A stretch of 64,000 nucleotides of DNA from Azolla caroliniana (Eukaryota; Plantae; Polypodiophyta): NCBI GenBank assembly GCA_043228905.1, contig JBHGNT010000011.1:62001-126000 (forward strand), in the 5' to 3' direction. Shown here piece after piece: positions 22,491 to 35,439 of this stretch. The notes under the pieces are model-generated. The model did not search any database. It was not told the DNA's origin and saw nothing but the letters and a program-made list of their open reading frames with translations. Each line of letters opens with the position of its first letter. Position 1 is the stretch's first letter. The position numbers and the translations under genes were made by a program.

Positions 22491-25009
22491 AAGAAAGAAA
22501 GAAAGATATATTAACATCTTTTAAGGCCAAACTTGGCCCATGAGACAAATGGTTTACAACAAAAATGAGTGTTTATCCAATCATCAAAACTAAAATAAAA
22601 GTAAAGTAAAAATAGCTTAAACTAAAAGAGTTCTAGTAGTGTATAGAGTCCCACCCGAAGAGGCTAAAACTTTGCACTAAGCCTAATTTCATTTCCGCCC
22701 AAGTCTCTCAAAAAGAAGTGGGAGGTCAAAGGTTTTTGGTGTGGGTGTGACCCATGGTCCCAGTGTATAGAGTGCACTAGCCATGGCTTCTAGGAGGTGT
22801 AGCTCACGTTCCCTTATTTTCTTTATTGCTTCTACATCTCGTCGAGTCGCTTTGAAACCCGGCATCCGAGGGCATTTGGTCCTTCTTTGATTTTCTGCTT
22901 CATCAAGGAAAAGCCCGAGTGGTGCAGGTGTGTCGACATTCATTGTCTCCCCCTATTCCTGAAAAACTTCATTTGTTACATATTGGTAAACATTAGCAAC
23001 ATTATTATCAACGTTTTGTAACTTATTCTCTCTGTGTTGTTTGAATTCTAGGATATATCTGCCTAATTTCTTTATATCTAGTGTATCTAATAGTTTAGGG
23101 AGGGTGGGAGAGGAACCAAGTATGTGGGGTGATCCATTTACATCGAGTATAAATTTGCCATATTTCTTGGCATATTACTTTATTACGGTCCTCATGAGAG
23201 ATTAAAGTGTTATCAGTCGCGTGGTCGTACTTAAGGGGGGAGGTTATTAATTTCTAGACTGTTCACAAGAAGCCAACTCACCATCATGCCATACCATGAG
23301 CTAGTATAGCCGGACTCATACAGTGCTCGAGAAGCCTTAAAGGCTTGATGGGATATTCTATCAAGTGGTTGGTTATGTATCCTGTGGATAAAGACTACAA
23401 GTTGAAAAAGTGCTTCTACTAACATCGGGGGTAGAGTGAACTCAGCCCTAATAATGTCATGTGGGACTGTCGATTTGCTTCGGAGTTGGCGTGATAACAT
23501 CATCACCAATGGTCTCTCTAATTGCGTCCACATGAAAGATGGTAGTCTTGGAGCCCAAACCGCTGATGCATACATGAGAGAGGGAGTCACTAATGAGTCA
23601 AAGAGCCACCCTTTAGTCCATGGCTCTTGGAAGTATGCTTGATGACATTGTCTCTCGAGGAGTGAGAGGAGAGGGATGCATGTCCTCTCGTAAGTCTATC
23701 CTTCGTTGCTTGTGTCATCGAAAATTTACCTGAGCAGGTAGTGAAAGTGACTCCGAGAAAGACATATGATCCAACCACCTCAACTGGGCTATGGGAGATA
23801 GTTAGGTCACACTTAGCTCTAACTTGGGCCGACATGTGGAAGATAAGGACTTTAGTTTTCCCTAGATTCACTACCAATCCTCGTTGTGTGCAAAAGTCAT
23901 CTAAGGCATTAAGGTGCCTTTGTAGGTCATGTTCAGATTCAGAGAGCAAAATGTGTCATCTGCATAGAGCAAGATACGAGTAATAAAATCTGTGATCTCA
24001 TCAATGTAGATCCCAAAAAGAGTCGGAGATAGGGTGCAACCTTGTTTTACACCAATAGTGCTAGTGAAACAATCAGATAGGCCACCTGGGCATCAAACAC
24101 ACCCAGACACTTGTTCATATAGCGCGCAGATGGCCCAAACCATGTCATCTGGTATCCTCAAGCTCTTAAGCCTATCAAACAACCGCTCTCTAGGGACCGT
24201 GTCAAAGGCTTTGTGGAAGTCCACAAAATAACAATATAATTTCTTCTTGCGAGCCTTAGTCTGGTCAATTAGGCATCCAAGTGTGAAGGTATGATCAATA
24301 GTGGAGAAGGCTCGTCTAAAGCCAGCTTGTTCAGGTGTAGGAAGATTTAAGGTCTCCATATAATCACTAAGCTCTGCCTCCATTACTGCACCATATAATT
24401 TAGCAAAGGTATGACCTATCATAATGGTCCTATATGTATTTGGGTCCATGGGGTCCCCCCCTTTATGTATGGGGGCCACTGTGTTCATGGTCCATTGTGG
24501 TGGAAAACCCCTAGCGAGGGCACGATTGAAGATTAGAGTTAGCAAGGGAGCTAGGCACTCTCTCACATATATGATGTGTTTTGCTCGCAATCCTGTGTGG
24601 TCCATGGACTTCCTATGTTGTAATTTCTTTATGACCTTCATGACCCTAGAGGTCATGAAGAGTGTCCCCACAGTAGGTCGGGGTGTAGAAGGCATTGGAA
24701 TGGGTGGTTGGTTTAGGATTTAGTAAAGTCTCTCTATATATGTGTGCCAGGTTTCGAGATCTTCAATGGGTGTTTGTGGTCTTGGTTCCCGTAATCTCTT
24801 CCATGCAGTGGCGCAATCGCTACTCATGAGCATATGGTAGAGTTCCCAATATTGGGATGCCTCCCATGCTTGTCTCTTACGACGTGTCATCTTGCGCATT
24901 TCTTTGCGAGCTTGTACTAAGGTAATACTACCACTGAGTTGCGATATTGTAAGTTGTTTATGTAAGTACCTACGATCCTCATTATAGCATCTACTTTGTG
25001 TTAACTCTT

Positions 25010-25916
25010 TGGAAGCCGTCGTTGGGGTGCCGTCCACCACTCTTCCCCGCTTCTTGGGTTGGACGGGCTGGACAGGTGGCACAAGCAAGGTGAGCCACTG
25101 CGTTACGGTGTGCCATATCCTCCGTCCGTCTCGGCCTTCTTTGCCGTCTTTGCCTCTGACGATCTCGATCGCCACACACAAACCGTTAGCGATCAATACC
25201 GGCCAATCCACCTTGATCCCTTCATAGGTGGCGATGATCATCCCTGCCCGGTTCTGCGGCATGACATGGGGTCTAGGGTACACATGGCCGTATTCGTGGA
25301 GCACACGAGCAATCTCGCGGAACAGCATATCTCCACTGCCCTGTGTCTGGTAGCCCTTGCTGGCTAGGGAGTACTCACCAAAATACTTGATGAGTTGCTC
25401 CGAGGTCGGATTGTCAATCGTGAGTATGCCTCCCTCCGGAAGGCCTGTTAACGCTCGGATCGCCTCCGCCGTTATGACCTCTGTGTTGATTTCTTTGATC
25501 ACCTTGTCGGCTTCTTTGTGTGGCGGTACCTCCATAATCATCAAGAAGCCCTCGAGCCCGTGTTGCTTTAGCCATTTCTTGGCGGCTTCCGACAGCGTTT
25601 GCGGATCCATGTCTGTGTCGAGGTCGGATTGTGGTGGCGAGGTTGGATGGTGATGAGAGTGAGATTGAGAGAGAGAGAGTTCAGAAGGCGGGGATTCTCT
25701 GCGCGTAGGTTCTCGTCTGATGATCTTGCAGCGCCTTGGTGCTTCTGTGCTCCTGGGTTCGCGAAAGTAAAGGGTCTCCACGCGCAGTGATTTTTCTCTG
25801 TGCATTCTGGCGCCTTTTTTGAGTGTGTGCACGTCGTGTACTAAAATAGCATTATGTCCTGTGGTGGCACTTAAATGCCCACTACGTACCTTTTCGCTCC
25901 TCGCTCTTTTGTCCAT
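25010..25916 (-). CDS. Extra ORF downstream of integrase (env-position ORF3), 3'-truncated, function unknown
   Basis: About 300 open codons (MDPQTLSEAAKKWLKQHGLEGFL...IKVDWPVLIANGL) on the pol strand. Confidence 0.7.
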
Positions 25917-25983
25917 TCATACCTCACTTTTGCATGATTACTTCGCTTTGTTTTTTTTTTATAAATTTTAATGTGGTGTGAGG

Positions 25984-27483
25984 TTAATTGTCCATTGGTC
26001 CTATCGGACCCTTATCGGCCTCATTACGGTCTGCCGTCGCCTCATTCTCGCCTGTTACCGACTTGCCGTCTCCTCTGTCTTGGTGGTTGTCGTTCCCCTC
26101 ACAGGTTGTCGTTTCCTCACCGGTGTTGGTCCTTTGCTCAAATGGGTTCTTAGGCATCGGTCCTCTATATGGCTTCAATCGGAATCCATTGACCCATTTG
26201 CCTAGCACTTCGCCGGCAAGTGTCCCTAACTGGTAGGACCCATTATACTCACGTGTCAGCCAATACGGGCTGGTCCATCTAAACCGTAGTTTTCCCGGCA
26301 TCTTGCCCATCCGGGTCTGAAATACTAACATCGGCTTGCCGATTGCGAACATTTTTTCATTTCCTTTCCTGTGCCGGTCGACAAATACTTTCCGTCGCCG
26401 TTGTTCCAATTCTAAGTGCAGGATGCTTGCCAGTCGTTGTTCCTCGAGTTCACACAGCGTTGTTGACCGTATTGCCTCCAACTCCTTCTCGTTCAGCCTT
26501 TCCCGTAGTTGGATCCGTAAGCTGGGTACTTGGAATTCCACTGGCATTACCGCCTCTAGTCTGAACGCTAACCGGAACGGTGTTGTTCGGATGCTCGTTT
26601 TATATGCCGTCTGGTATGCCCAAAGCGCGCTATGTAGCTTGGTATCCCAATCCGTTCTGTTTTCATTGACGATCTTCCGGAGGATATTCTGGAGCGTTTT
26701 GTTCGTCGATTCAGCTAACCCATTTGCTTGCGGATAGTATGGTGTGCTCCGTTTATGGACAACGGCATAGAATGTCGTCAGGCTTTCAACTACTTGGCCG
26801 AGAAAGTGTCCCCCTTGGTCGCTTATTAATTCGATTGGGCATCCGTAACGGCACCAGATGTACTCATATAGAAATTTTGCCGTTGACGCAGCAGTGTTGT
26901 CTCTTAAGGCTTTGACCTCCACCCATTTCATGCAATAATCCATCGCCACGATGACGTACCGATTACCTGTTCTCATTGCCGGTGGTTTGAACGGTCCCAC
27001 AAAGTCCAGCCCCCACTTCTGGAATGGCTCGAGTGGTAGTACAGGCTGGTGTGGCATCCGAGCCTGCTCCGTTGGCTGGCCCATTCGCTGGCATAGGTCA
27101 CATTCTTTTGCGTACCGTACAACATCTCTTAACGTCGTTGGCCACCATAGGCCACTTTGCCATATTTTCCTGGCCGTCGCATCTCCGGCATAGTGACCTC
27201 CGGCAACTCCGCAGTGGGCTTCCCTCAGTATGAGGTCCTTTTCATCGCTGCGCACAGCCCGTCTCCATATGCCGTCTGTGCCCTTATGGTAAAGTGTGTC
27301 TTGCAGTAAGCAAAAATGTCGGCTTTGCACCGCCAGGCGTTTCCGTTCGTCCCGGTTCATCTCTTCCGGAGGCAATCCTGTGCTCAGAAACTGGTGCATG
27401 TTTGTGAGCCACTTGTCTTCCTGTGCCACCGTCTCATCTGCTGCCGTTTCCGTAGTGACTCGAAACAGCTCCACATCCGGAAA
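25984..27483 (-). pseudogene. gypsy integrase (HHCC zinc finger, DDE core, GPF/Y-like C-terminus)
   Basis: EAHCGVAGGHY..CDLCQR; WGLDFVGP; ISDQGGHF; YPQANGLAE; KLRFRWTSPY. Confidence 0.95.
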
Positions 27484-29034
27484 CTAGTCCGCTACTCCGT
27501 CACCCGTCTCTCCGGACTCTAATCGGCTTAAGTAATCCGCCACGGCATGCTGTATACCAGGTCGGTGGAATATTTCAAACTCGAATTTCTGTAACAGTAA
27601 GGTCCACCGGGCCAACTTACCGGTGAGTGACGCCTTAGACACCAGGTAAAGGAGTGTCGAATGATCTACATGGAAGGAAAACTTCCTTCCCAATAAATAA
27701 TGCCGAAACTTTGTCACATTGTAGATCATCCCTAGAGCTTCCCATTCCGTGGTAGAGTAGTTCCGTTCCGCTTGGGATAACTTTCGGCTGGCATAGTACA
27801 CTGGCCGGTACCACTTTGGCTCCGTAAGTTGCATCAGTACGCTTCCGATTGCGATGTCGGAGGCGTCCACGAACACATGAAATTCTTTACTCCAATCCGG
27901 AGGCTGTACTACCGGTGCTTGCAACAATAGTACCTTGAGGGCCCTATACGCCCTATCCTCGATGTCGGTCCACCGGAATGGTGTCCGATGTACGGCTGCA
28001 TGCAACGGTGTAGCCAGGTCGGCCATGTATCGGAGCATCCGGCTATGCCACCAGATCTGGCCTAAGAACCGGCTCAATGCCTTTGCCGTTGCCGGCGCCG
28101 GTGCTTCTAATATGGATTTCACTTTGTCCAGGTCGACTGCAATACCTTCCTGGCTCACAATATGTCCTAATAAGGTTCCACTAGACACGCCAAATACACA
28201 CTTTGCCGGATTCAAGCTTAGCCGGTACGCTCTACACTTTTCTAAACAAAGACGGAGGTGCTGAAAATGGTCCTCCTCCCGGCTATAGACGGCGAAATCG
28301 TCAAGGAAAACCTGCATAAAAGCCGGGATATATTCACCAAAGATTTCCATGATGATTCGTTGAAATGTTGTTGGTGCGGTTTTAAGTCCGAACATCATCA
28401 CCACGGCCACAAACACCCCCCATTCGGTGACGAAAGCCGTTTTCTCTTGATCATTGGGGTGCATCTGGATCTGATTGTACCCGCTGAATCCATCTAGAAA
28501 GCTATAGACCTCATGGCCGACGACGGCATCCAACACTCCATCTGTGAACGGAAGTGGAAACGCATCTGTTACCGTAGCCGCATTGAGTTTCCGGTAGTCC
28601 ACACAAACTTGAATTTTTCCGTTCTTCTTCGGTACGACTACGATCGGGCTCAGCCATGTCGCTTTCTTTACCGGACGGATAAAGCCCACTCTTAGCAGTT
28701 TGTCGATTTCCTCCTTGACTTTGGCGGCATAATTGGGATTCATCCGGTACCGTCTTTGTGCCACTGGTTTTGCGTCCTTGCTCAAGTGAATCTAATGCTG
28801 GTATAACTGAGGGTCGAGTCCTCGCATGTCTTCGTATGACCAGGCAAACACGTCGCGAAATTCCGTGAGAAGTGTGATCATTGTCGTTTTGTCTTCGGAC
28901 TTCATCTCCTTGGCGATGTGCACCGGTTTTGCTTCGTCCGTGGTCCCGAGGTTCACCTCTTCAAGTTGTGACGCTTTTACGCGTTGTGAAACGGCCATTT
29001 CCCGTTCCAACGCTTCTTGCGCTTGCCGTAACTC
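27484..29034 (-). pseudogene. gypsy reverse transcriptase and RNase H (in-frame stops at 29035, 28792, 27484)
   Basis: WLSPIVVVPKKNGKIQVCVDYRKLN; FLDGFSGYNQI; FLDD; VDASDIAIG; NYSTTE; ADYLSR. Confidence 0.95.
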
Positions 29035-31790
29035 TCAGATTGCGTCTTTATCCGGTTCTGCTTCAATCTCTTCCGGCTGCGGTAAGTATGGTGCTACTGC
29101 TTCGGCAACATCAATTTCGAAGAGAGGTACAATCTTCGGGTTTTCCTGCAAGTATTGAGCTTCTTCTTCGTCAGCTAACCCTTCTAGCATGTTGACGCAT
29201 TCTGAATACAACGGTGTACATTCCTTGCCAATGCTCGTCCTTGGCTGTGTTGGTACCCGTACTTTGGCTTTTCCTCGCCGGAAGGTAATTATATTTTTCC
29301 TCCAATTCTCTTTGATATGTGCCGTTTTCAACCACGTCCGCCCCAGCAATAGCGGGTATGCGCCTTGTGCCTGTAATTGGAGTATGACTGCCGAGATGTG
29401 AAATGTATGACCGCCAACGGTGACTTCTAATTTTCGTATTAATCCAGTCGGCCGCACTGAGCTTGTATCGGCCATCCGTAACCAGAACGGACACGGCTCC
29501 CACTCGTGGATTCCCAGGGCATCACACATCCGGAGGCTTATTACATTCACACCGGAGCCTCCGTCTATAACTATGCCGAGGAGTTCTTTCCCTTTTACAA
29601 TGGCAGTGATTACCGGACTGTTGGTGTCCACCACCATTGGTCCCTCCTCTGGATTCGAGAAGAGTACCGGTGCCGGTGATGATTCTCCTACCGTTATGGC
29701 CGTCTTCAGTCCTTCCGTGAATCTTGGCACGAGCTGTAGGAGTCTTCCTAGTGGCAGCGTAATCTGGCATTCTTGCAACGCCAGCCATGTCTCGTTCTCA
29801 GAGTGACTGCTGCCGGCAAGCCCTACGGTATTCTCCTTTTGCCGCTGTAAGTCTGTGACATTTTGCTCATTTGCTTTTTTCACCCATTCCGTCGCTTGCT
29901 TCCGGATGGTCTCCTGCGTCTCCCATTCCTTGGCCATGCCCTTCGACCTTGTGGTCACTTGCTGCAGATCTGCCACTTCAGGGACTACCATATTTACTGT
30001 CGGTCGTTTGTCATAGCTCTTCGCCGGGCATTGATTACTATAATGGCCTTCCTGTCGACAGTAGTAGCAGTAGGCTTTCCGGGTATTGCTGGATTCGGCA
30101 TTGTCTGTTGTACCCGAGGCCGGTCCTGTGGTAAGCGCGGGGTTTTGGGCCGATTGGCTGCTCGAAGCTCCTTGTTCCGGATCCCGTGGGTAGCGGCCTT
30201 TTTTGAAATGCCGTTTTCTGTTATAGTTCTTCTTATTGCGGTACTCTTGGCGAGGTTGGTCGTTATATCTGCCGTATTCCTCCCGTTGCTAACGATACCC
30301 GGGGGAGTGCTCCCGGTCATAATGTTCGTATCGTCTATTGTAATCCCGGTACCGATCATATCTATCATGCCGGTCGTAGTTATCCCGCCGATCACTGTAC
30401 CGGACATCATTCTCCCATCAATCGCCATACCGGACATCTTGTGCCGGTCGGTCGCGGTCCATTCGCCGCCAGCGTTCCTCTTCTTCATCCCGGCTGCTGC
30501 ATGGCTCTATTTGTCGGACGGGCGGTGCTTGCCAGTTCAATAGATTATACTCGCACCTATCCATCGTATGGCCCTTGGATTGACAGATCACACATTGCGT
30601 CCTCATAGTGCATTCTAGAGCCGAGTGTCCGGAATTCAAGCAGGTTGTGCACTGTATTGCTTGCCGAAACCGAAGGTCTTCATCAGACGGTAACGCCCGT
30701 TGGAGTGCTCCCAGTGTGAGCCAGGAGCTTGTCTTGTCCATCTCTCTCACCCGATCAATGACCTGGTCGATGGTACTTGTGCGGAAGTCAATTATCGTGC
30801 AAACCGTGCGTAGGGGTTCCCGGAGCGCATTTAGGAATATAGTCTGTAATTCCTCCTCTGGGGGTGCGCGGGCAAGCTGACTATGCATCCGTTGAAACCG
30901 GATGACAAACTGGGGAATGCTCTCCCCTGCCTCCTGTCGGATGGTATAAAATAAGCCCACCATTACTGTCTGGTCCACCTCCTTTTGGAAAAAATGCAAG
31001 AATTTAGCTTTTAAATCTGCGAAGGTGGTGATGGTAGACGGGTCCTGCGTCCGGCACCATCTCGTTGCCGGTCCCTCCAATGTGACGCCAAATTCCACAT
31101 TCTTAGAGCATTCCTCTTCTTTCGGGGTCAATCGCTAGGACACATGGTTTGCTTCCCATGTTTGTTCAAAGGCGTGAACATGAGCTTCCGCGTCCGGATC
31201 ATATCTATACTTGGAGTACTAGAACGGCATGTCGTCGTCCGGTATCGGTGCGTGGGCTGGCGGTGTTGGTGGTCGTTCCTGGTTTTTCTCCGGCGTCGGT
31301 GGTCTTTCCTGATTTGTTTCCGGCGTCGGTGGTCTTTCCTCTTCGACTTCCGGTGTTGGAGGTCGCTCTTCCTCTGCTGGTTCTAGAGGTTCCAGCCTTA
31401 GCAGGTCCGGTTCCTGTGTCGGTAAGGTGTTCGATCCTTTGTCCTCCGGTCCGCCCGGGGTTTCGTTGCTGCTACGGTAGTTCGTGTGCACGCTGTATTC
31501 CCCTTCAGAATCCGATTCATACGCTGAAAAGGCTTCTGCTTCGCCTTCTCCGCTTGCAAACGCCTGGAGAAGGGATTCGGTTTCCCGGAGGCTGCTTAGG
31601 CTGTTGCCGTCGTCCGGGTGCGATGTTTGCTGTAACCAGATGGACTCCTCTGCTACTCTCCGGATTACGTTGGAAAACGAGCGATCCGCTCTAATTTCCT
31701 GCACCGCTTGCTGGAAAGCCTCACGTCTTCTTTGCCTTTCGGCAAGGCGTCGAGTTCGATCTGTAACTAGGTCGGGCGTTGATCTAGTCA
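29035..31790 (-). pseudogene. gypsy gag (three CCHC knuckles) and protease
   Basis: CTTCLNSGHSALEC, CVICQSKGHTMDRC, CYYCRQEGHYSNQC; protease IVIDGGSGVNV..LLLGRTWL; (ERPPTP)x4 repeat at ~31255-31380. Confidence 0.9.
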
Positions 31791-34700
31791 TCCATTCGTG
31801 TCGTCGTTCGCTGCAAAAACAGGAATCGTGGTCGCCAAAAACTGTGTTAACTCTTAGGGCCGAACAATGGCCTAACACAGGGTGTCTACGGAAGACACTT
31901 CACCAAAGGGGTGTTACGGCAACAGGATTCGACTCGACGCTTAATCCGACTTAATTAGGTTACTTAGCAAGATCGTCCTTAATAATCACACGCGTAAGAT
32001 ATAACAATGTATGCAGAACGACAATTAACACAGAGAGATAACACACTAAGCTTTATTAATTAACCGCTACTCATTACATTGTATCCGGGCCTTTAAATAG
32101 GTTTCCGGTCTGTAGTACAAAACGGTGCCATCCGCACCTGTTCGGGATCGGTCCGGATCTGGAACGGCATACCAATTCCGGCCCGTCCGTCCACACTCAT
32201 AGCTTACTTACAACCATTCCTAATAATTAAATAACTCCCCGTTTCACACTCTAGACTCCTTTGCCGGCTGGTAACATTTTGTGGCATAGATCCTAATTTA
32301 CCTTGATTGGAGTGTTTCGTGTATGGGAAATTGCTAACTGCGGCGGAGTGAAGGATGTGCGTGAGTTTCGTACTAAGGCTCTCTAAAGATAGGGAGGGAT
32401 CAAGGGAGGAGAGATGGGCCTGAACATGTTGAGCATATATGTCAGAGAGCTCATGTGTGAAATGTATTGTGGTGTGATGACGTGGTTGACTAGAGTTGGT
32501 GGCGTTAGAGATATTGCATTTTAGCTTGAAGTATAAGAAACTATGGTCCACAATGCACGTCAATAGGGCATGGGGCCACCCGGAAGGAGTTAATCATGTG
32601 GGTAGCTTCAGGGCGTCCTATTAGATAATCAATTGACATGCTTTCCCCTCCATATGGGAAACATGTGAGCTCTTTCGAGCCCCACCACTTGGCTAAACCA
32701 TTATATATGACCATATGGTGTTGACTGCCAAGTTCGAGCAAATGATGGCCAAAGCTCGTGGCGTTTGCACCTTGATCCTTTGATCTACGTGTGGTGCCTA
32801 TGTCTAAAGGATCGACATTTACCATTTCTAGTTTTCTATTCATCTGAAATATTGTGCATTGTCGAGATTGGGTTCTCGCATTAAAGTCTCCTACCATGAA
32901 TACTTCTCCTTGGAAAGAATATCAGATTATGTCATCCGATAGAGGTTCATATGGGGAAGGCCCATGTGGCACTCCTTCATCAACTAATCTCGCCTCGCCA
33001 GCCAGATTATTACGAGAACCTTTCGAGGGGAAGTAACAAATGGCGAAAAATACTGACTTGTCCTTGCTTGAGGAGACTTTCACCCACATAAAACGAGCTT
33101 CTGGATCTGTCCTCATTATTTCTATCCTATTATATAGCTCTCTCCGAGATAATATTGTGACACCTCCAGATGCCCTGGTAGTGCATCGACGTGAGGTTTG
33201 TCTAAAAGTCTACTCCCAACGAAATCCTTCGACTCGTGGGAGTCCCCTATTTGGGCTTTGGTGTGTGTCTACTAGGAAAAGTATATCTACTACCTTTAAT
33301 GTCTCCTCTAGGCAGCTGAGGTGTGTCCAGAGTGCGTCGTTACAATTCCATAAGATCATCCTAAGTGTATTTTCTGTCACATGGGCCACACGCCGTCAAT
33401 TAGTAGTGCGATCATTTATGATCACTCACCCATCTTGATAAAAGGCACGATGCCCTTCTTTACGAGCTTGCATAACTCGTGGCATACAACTCTTGCGATG
33501 CTCAATTTGCATCTTAGTGAGGTCTTCATCGAGATAGATAGGGTCCCCACCCAATCTTTGAAGAATTGGTCTCTTCTTAAAGAAAGTGATAATAGAGTCC
33601 AAGTCTTTAAATTGAAGACCTAAGGCTCTCTTCCTAGTTGTGTCGCGTCCGGCCCTCTAAGCTTTGGTGATAGGTAGGGCTGTTGTGTACCCTAACATTT
33701 TCCCGAGTGTTTGTGCATCCTCGTCCGGGGATGCACCTTCCTTGAGCCTAGTGACACGTACATTTAGGCTTCGAGCCTGACGCATTTTCTCCTCTTCAAG
33801 GGTGGTATTAACAATATTTTCATCTTTTATTTCTTTTTTAATGTTTCTTTTAACCACATCTACCCAACCTGTTTTTGCTAACTCTATGTTATTTTTAACC
33901 TCCACTTTAACTGTTTTGATCTCGTCTTTTATATCCTCTATGGAGGATATTTCACCGTCCTCTCGAAATACCTCGATGTCATTAAGTTGTTTTTTGAGGT
34001 TGGTGTTTTCCTCTTCAAGTTTTTCTATTTCGGCCTTGAGGGCTTCTTTTTCCTCTCTATCTTTTTTCTTGTGGGTTTCAGCGTCTTTCACCCATTTTTT
34101 CATATCCATCTCTATTTTTGTTAAATGATTAAACATATCTAACAAGTCTTCTTTACTTATAGCCTCGTCTTGTATATCCTTATGTTCCTTAGTTTGTTTA
34201 GACATCATTGTGGTGTCAATAAGAAAAAAAAGATAAAAGAAATGGGTCCGAGACTTAGCCGAGTTTATGTGTATATCACAATCACATCGGCATTTTGTAG
34301 CACGCAATGAGCACGCCAAAAGAACCCACCAATGAAGGAAGGATGCATCGCCAAGAAAAGAAACATGATACTCAGCAACGTCAAGAACAAGAAAGAGAAG
34401 AACACGGCAGCATGACAGTACGACTGACAACGGCGACGGGCAGCGACGGACGGCCATAGGCGACAACGGGGCATCAAGTCATGCAGCACGCTGTCGTAGT
34501 GTATTTCGTACACTACGTGAAAATAATATAAAATAACCGATTGAATAAATATGAAGAAAAAAAGAAGAAGAAAATATCAAAATAAACATTACATGCATTG
34601 GGCAAGATTTGAACCTTACACCTTCATGTTAATAATGTAATGTCTTACCATTACACTAGCATTTCATTCGTATTAAAAAATATCATAAAAAAGGTAAGTT

Positions 34701-35387
34701 CACGTAGGATAAACTTTAGTTAAAAGAAAAACACATGCTAAAAGAAAAAGCTACGGATGCACATCTAGCGTGCATGACACTATAGTTGATAAAAAACGCA
34801 CAAGTTAGAAAAAGCATAATCACTTTAGATAAAGCATATAGTCTATCTATAGGAAAAGCATGGAGTCTATAGTTAGAGAAAAAAAAAGCATGGATTCCTA
34901 AAACTCCCTCATCACTACATAAGGATGGGGAGCACAATGTAATAGGTGTGTGAAATATTTGGGAAATTGGATATATTTCCTAAAACACCAATAATAAAAT
35001 AGAATCGTGGGATTCACGAAGTTTTATATAATCTTTCAATCTAAATTCATATTCTTACATAAATATTGATTAATGTAATACTTGTGGGATTCACAAGGTT
35101 TCTATATCTCTTTCTTATAATCTATTCATATTCATAAATAGATTAGCGTCAAATTCTTCCTCCTCCTAGTCCAAAACCTCGGTTGTTCCCACCTAACTCA
35201 TGCAACGATCTGGCGCCGAAAGGCACGACAACGCAGATGGCAGCAGACGACGACAGATGGCAACGCAGCAACAGACAACAACACGGCACGGAAGAGAGAG
35301 AGAGAGAGAGAGAGTGCAACACAGTAGCGGATTGCGACGGACGTCGTAGACAATAGCGCGACAACAACAAACGATAGCATGACCGTT

Positions 35388-35423
<36 letters not shown>

Positions 35424-35439
35424 TTGTAAATGTAGTCAA

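Larger units (their letters stand above)
24999..32276 (-). mobile_element. Non-chromovirus Ty3/gypsy (Athila-like) with extra ORF; 3' LTR reduced to 11 bp
   Basis: 5' LTR 31845-32276; PBS TGGCGACCAC 31828-31837; gag-PR-RT-RH-INT; remnant TGTTAACTCTT at 24999-25009; TSD CTTTG/TTTTG; LINE frame SMPQNRCYNE restored on removal. Confidence 0.93.
22488..34208 (-). mobile_element. Non-LTR retrotransposon (LINE, RTE/RTEX-like), degenerate, (TTTC)n tail, interrupted by the gypsy at 24999-32276
   Basis: ORF1 coiled coil 34208-~33400; AP endonuclease ILWNC..VGDFNARTQ..SIDY..DH at 33359-32500; RT PIHKGG..EQAGFR..VDFHKAFDTV..GVKQGCTLSP..ADD at 24700-23230; (GAAA)n at 22488-22505. Confidence 0.92.

Noticed and set aside
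34209-34466. N-terminal extension of the 269-aa ORF
   Set aside because: Low-complexity upstream sequence; LINE ORF1 more plausibly starts at ATGATG 34208.
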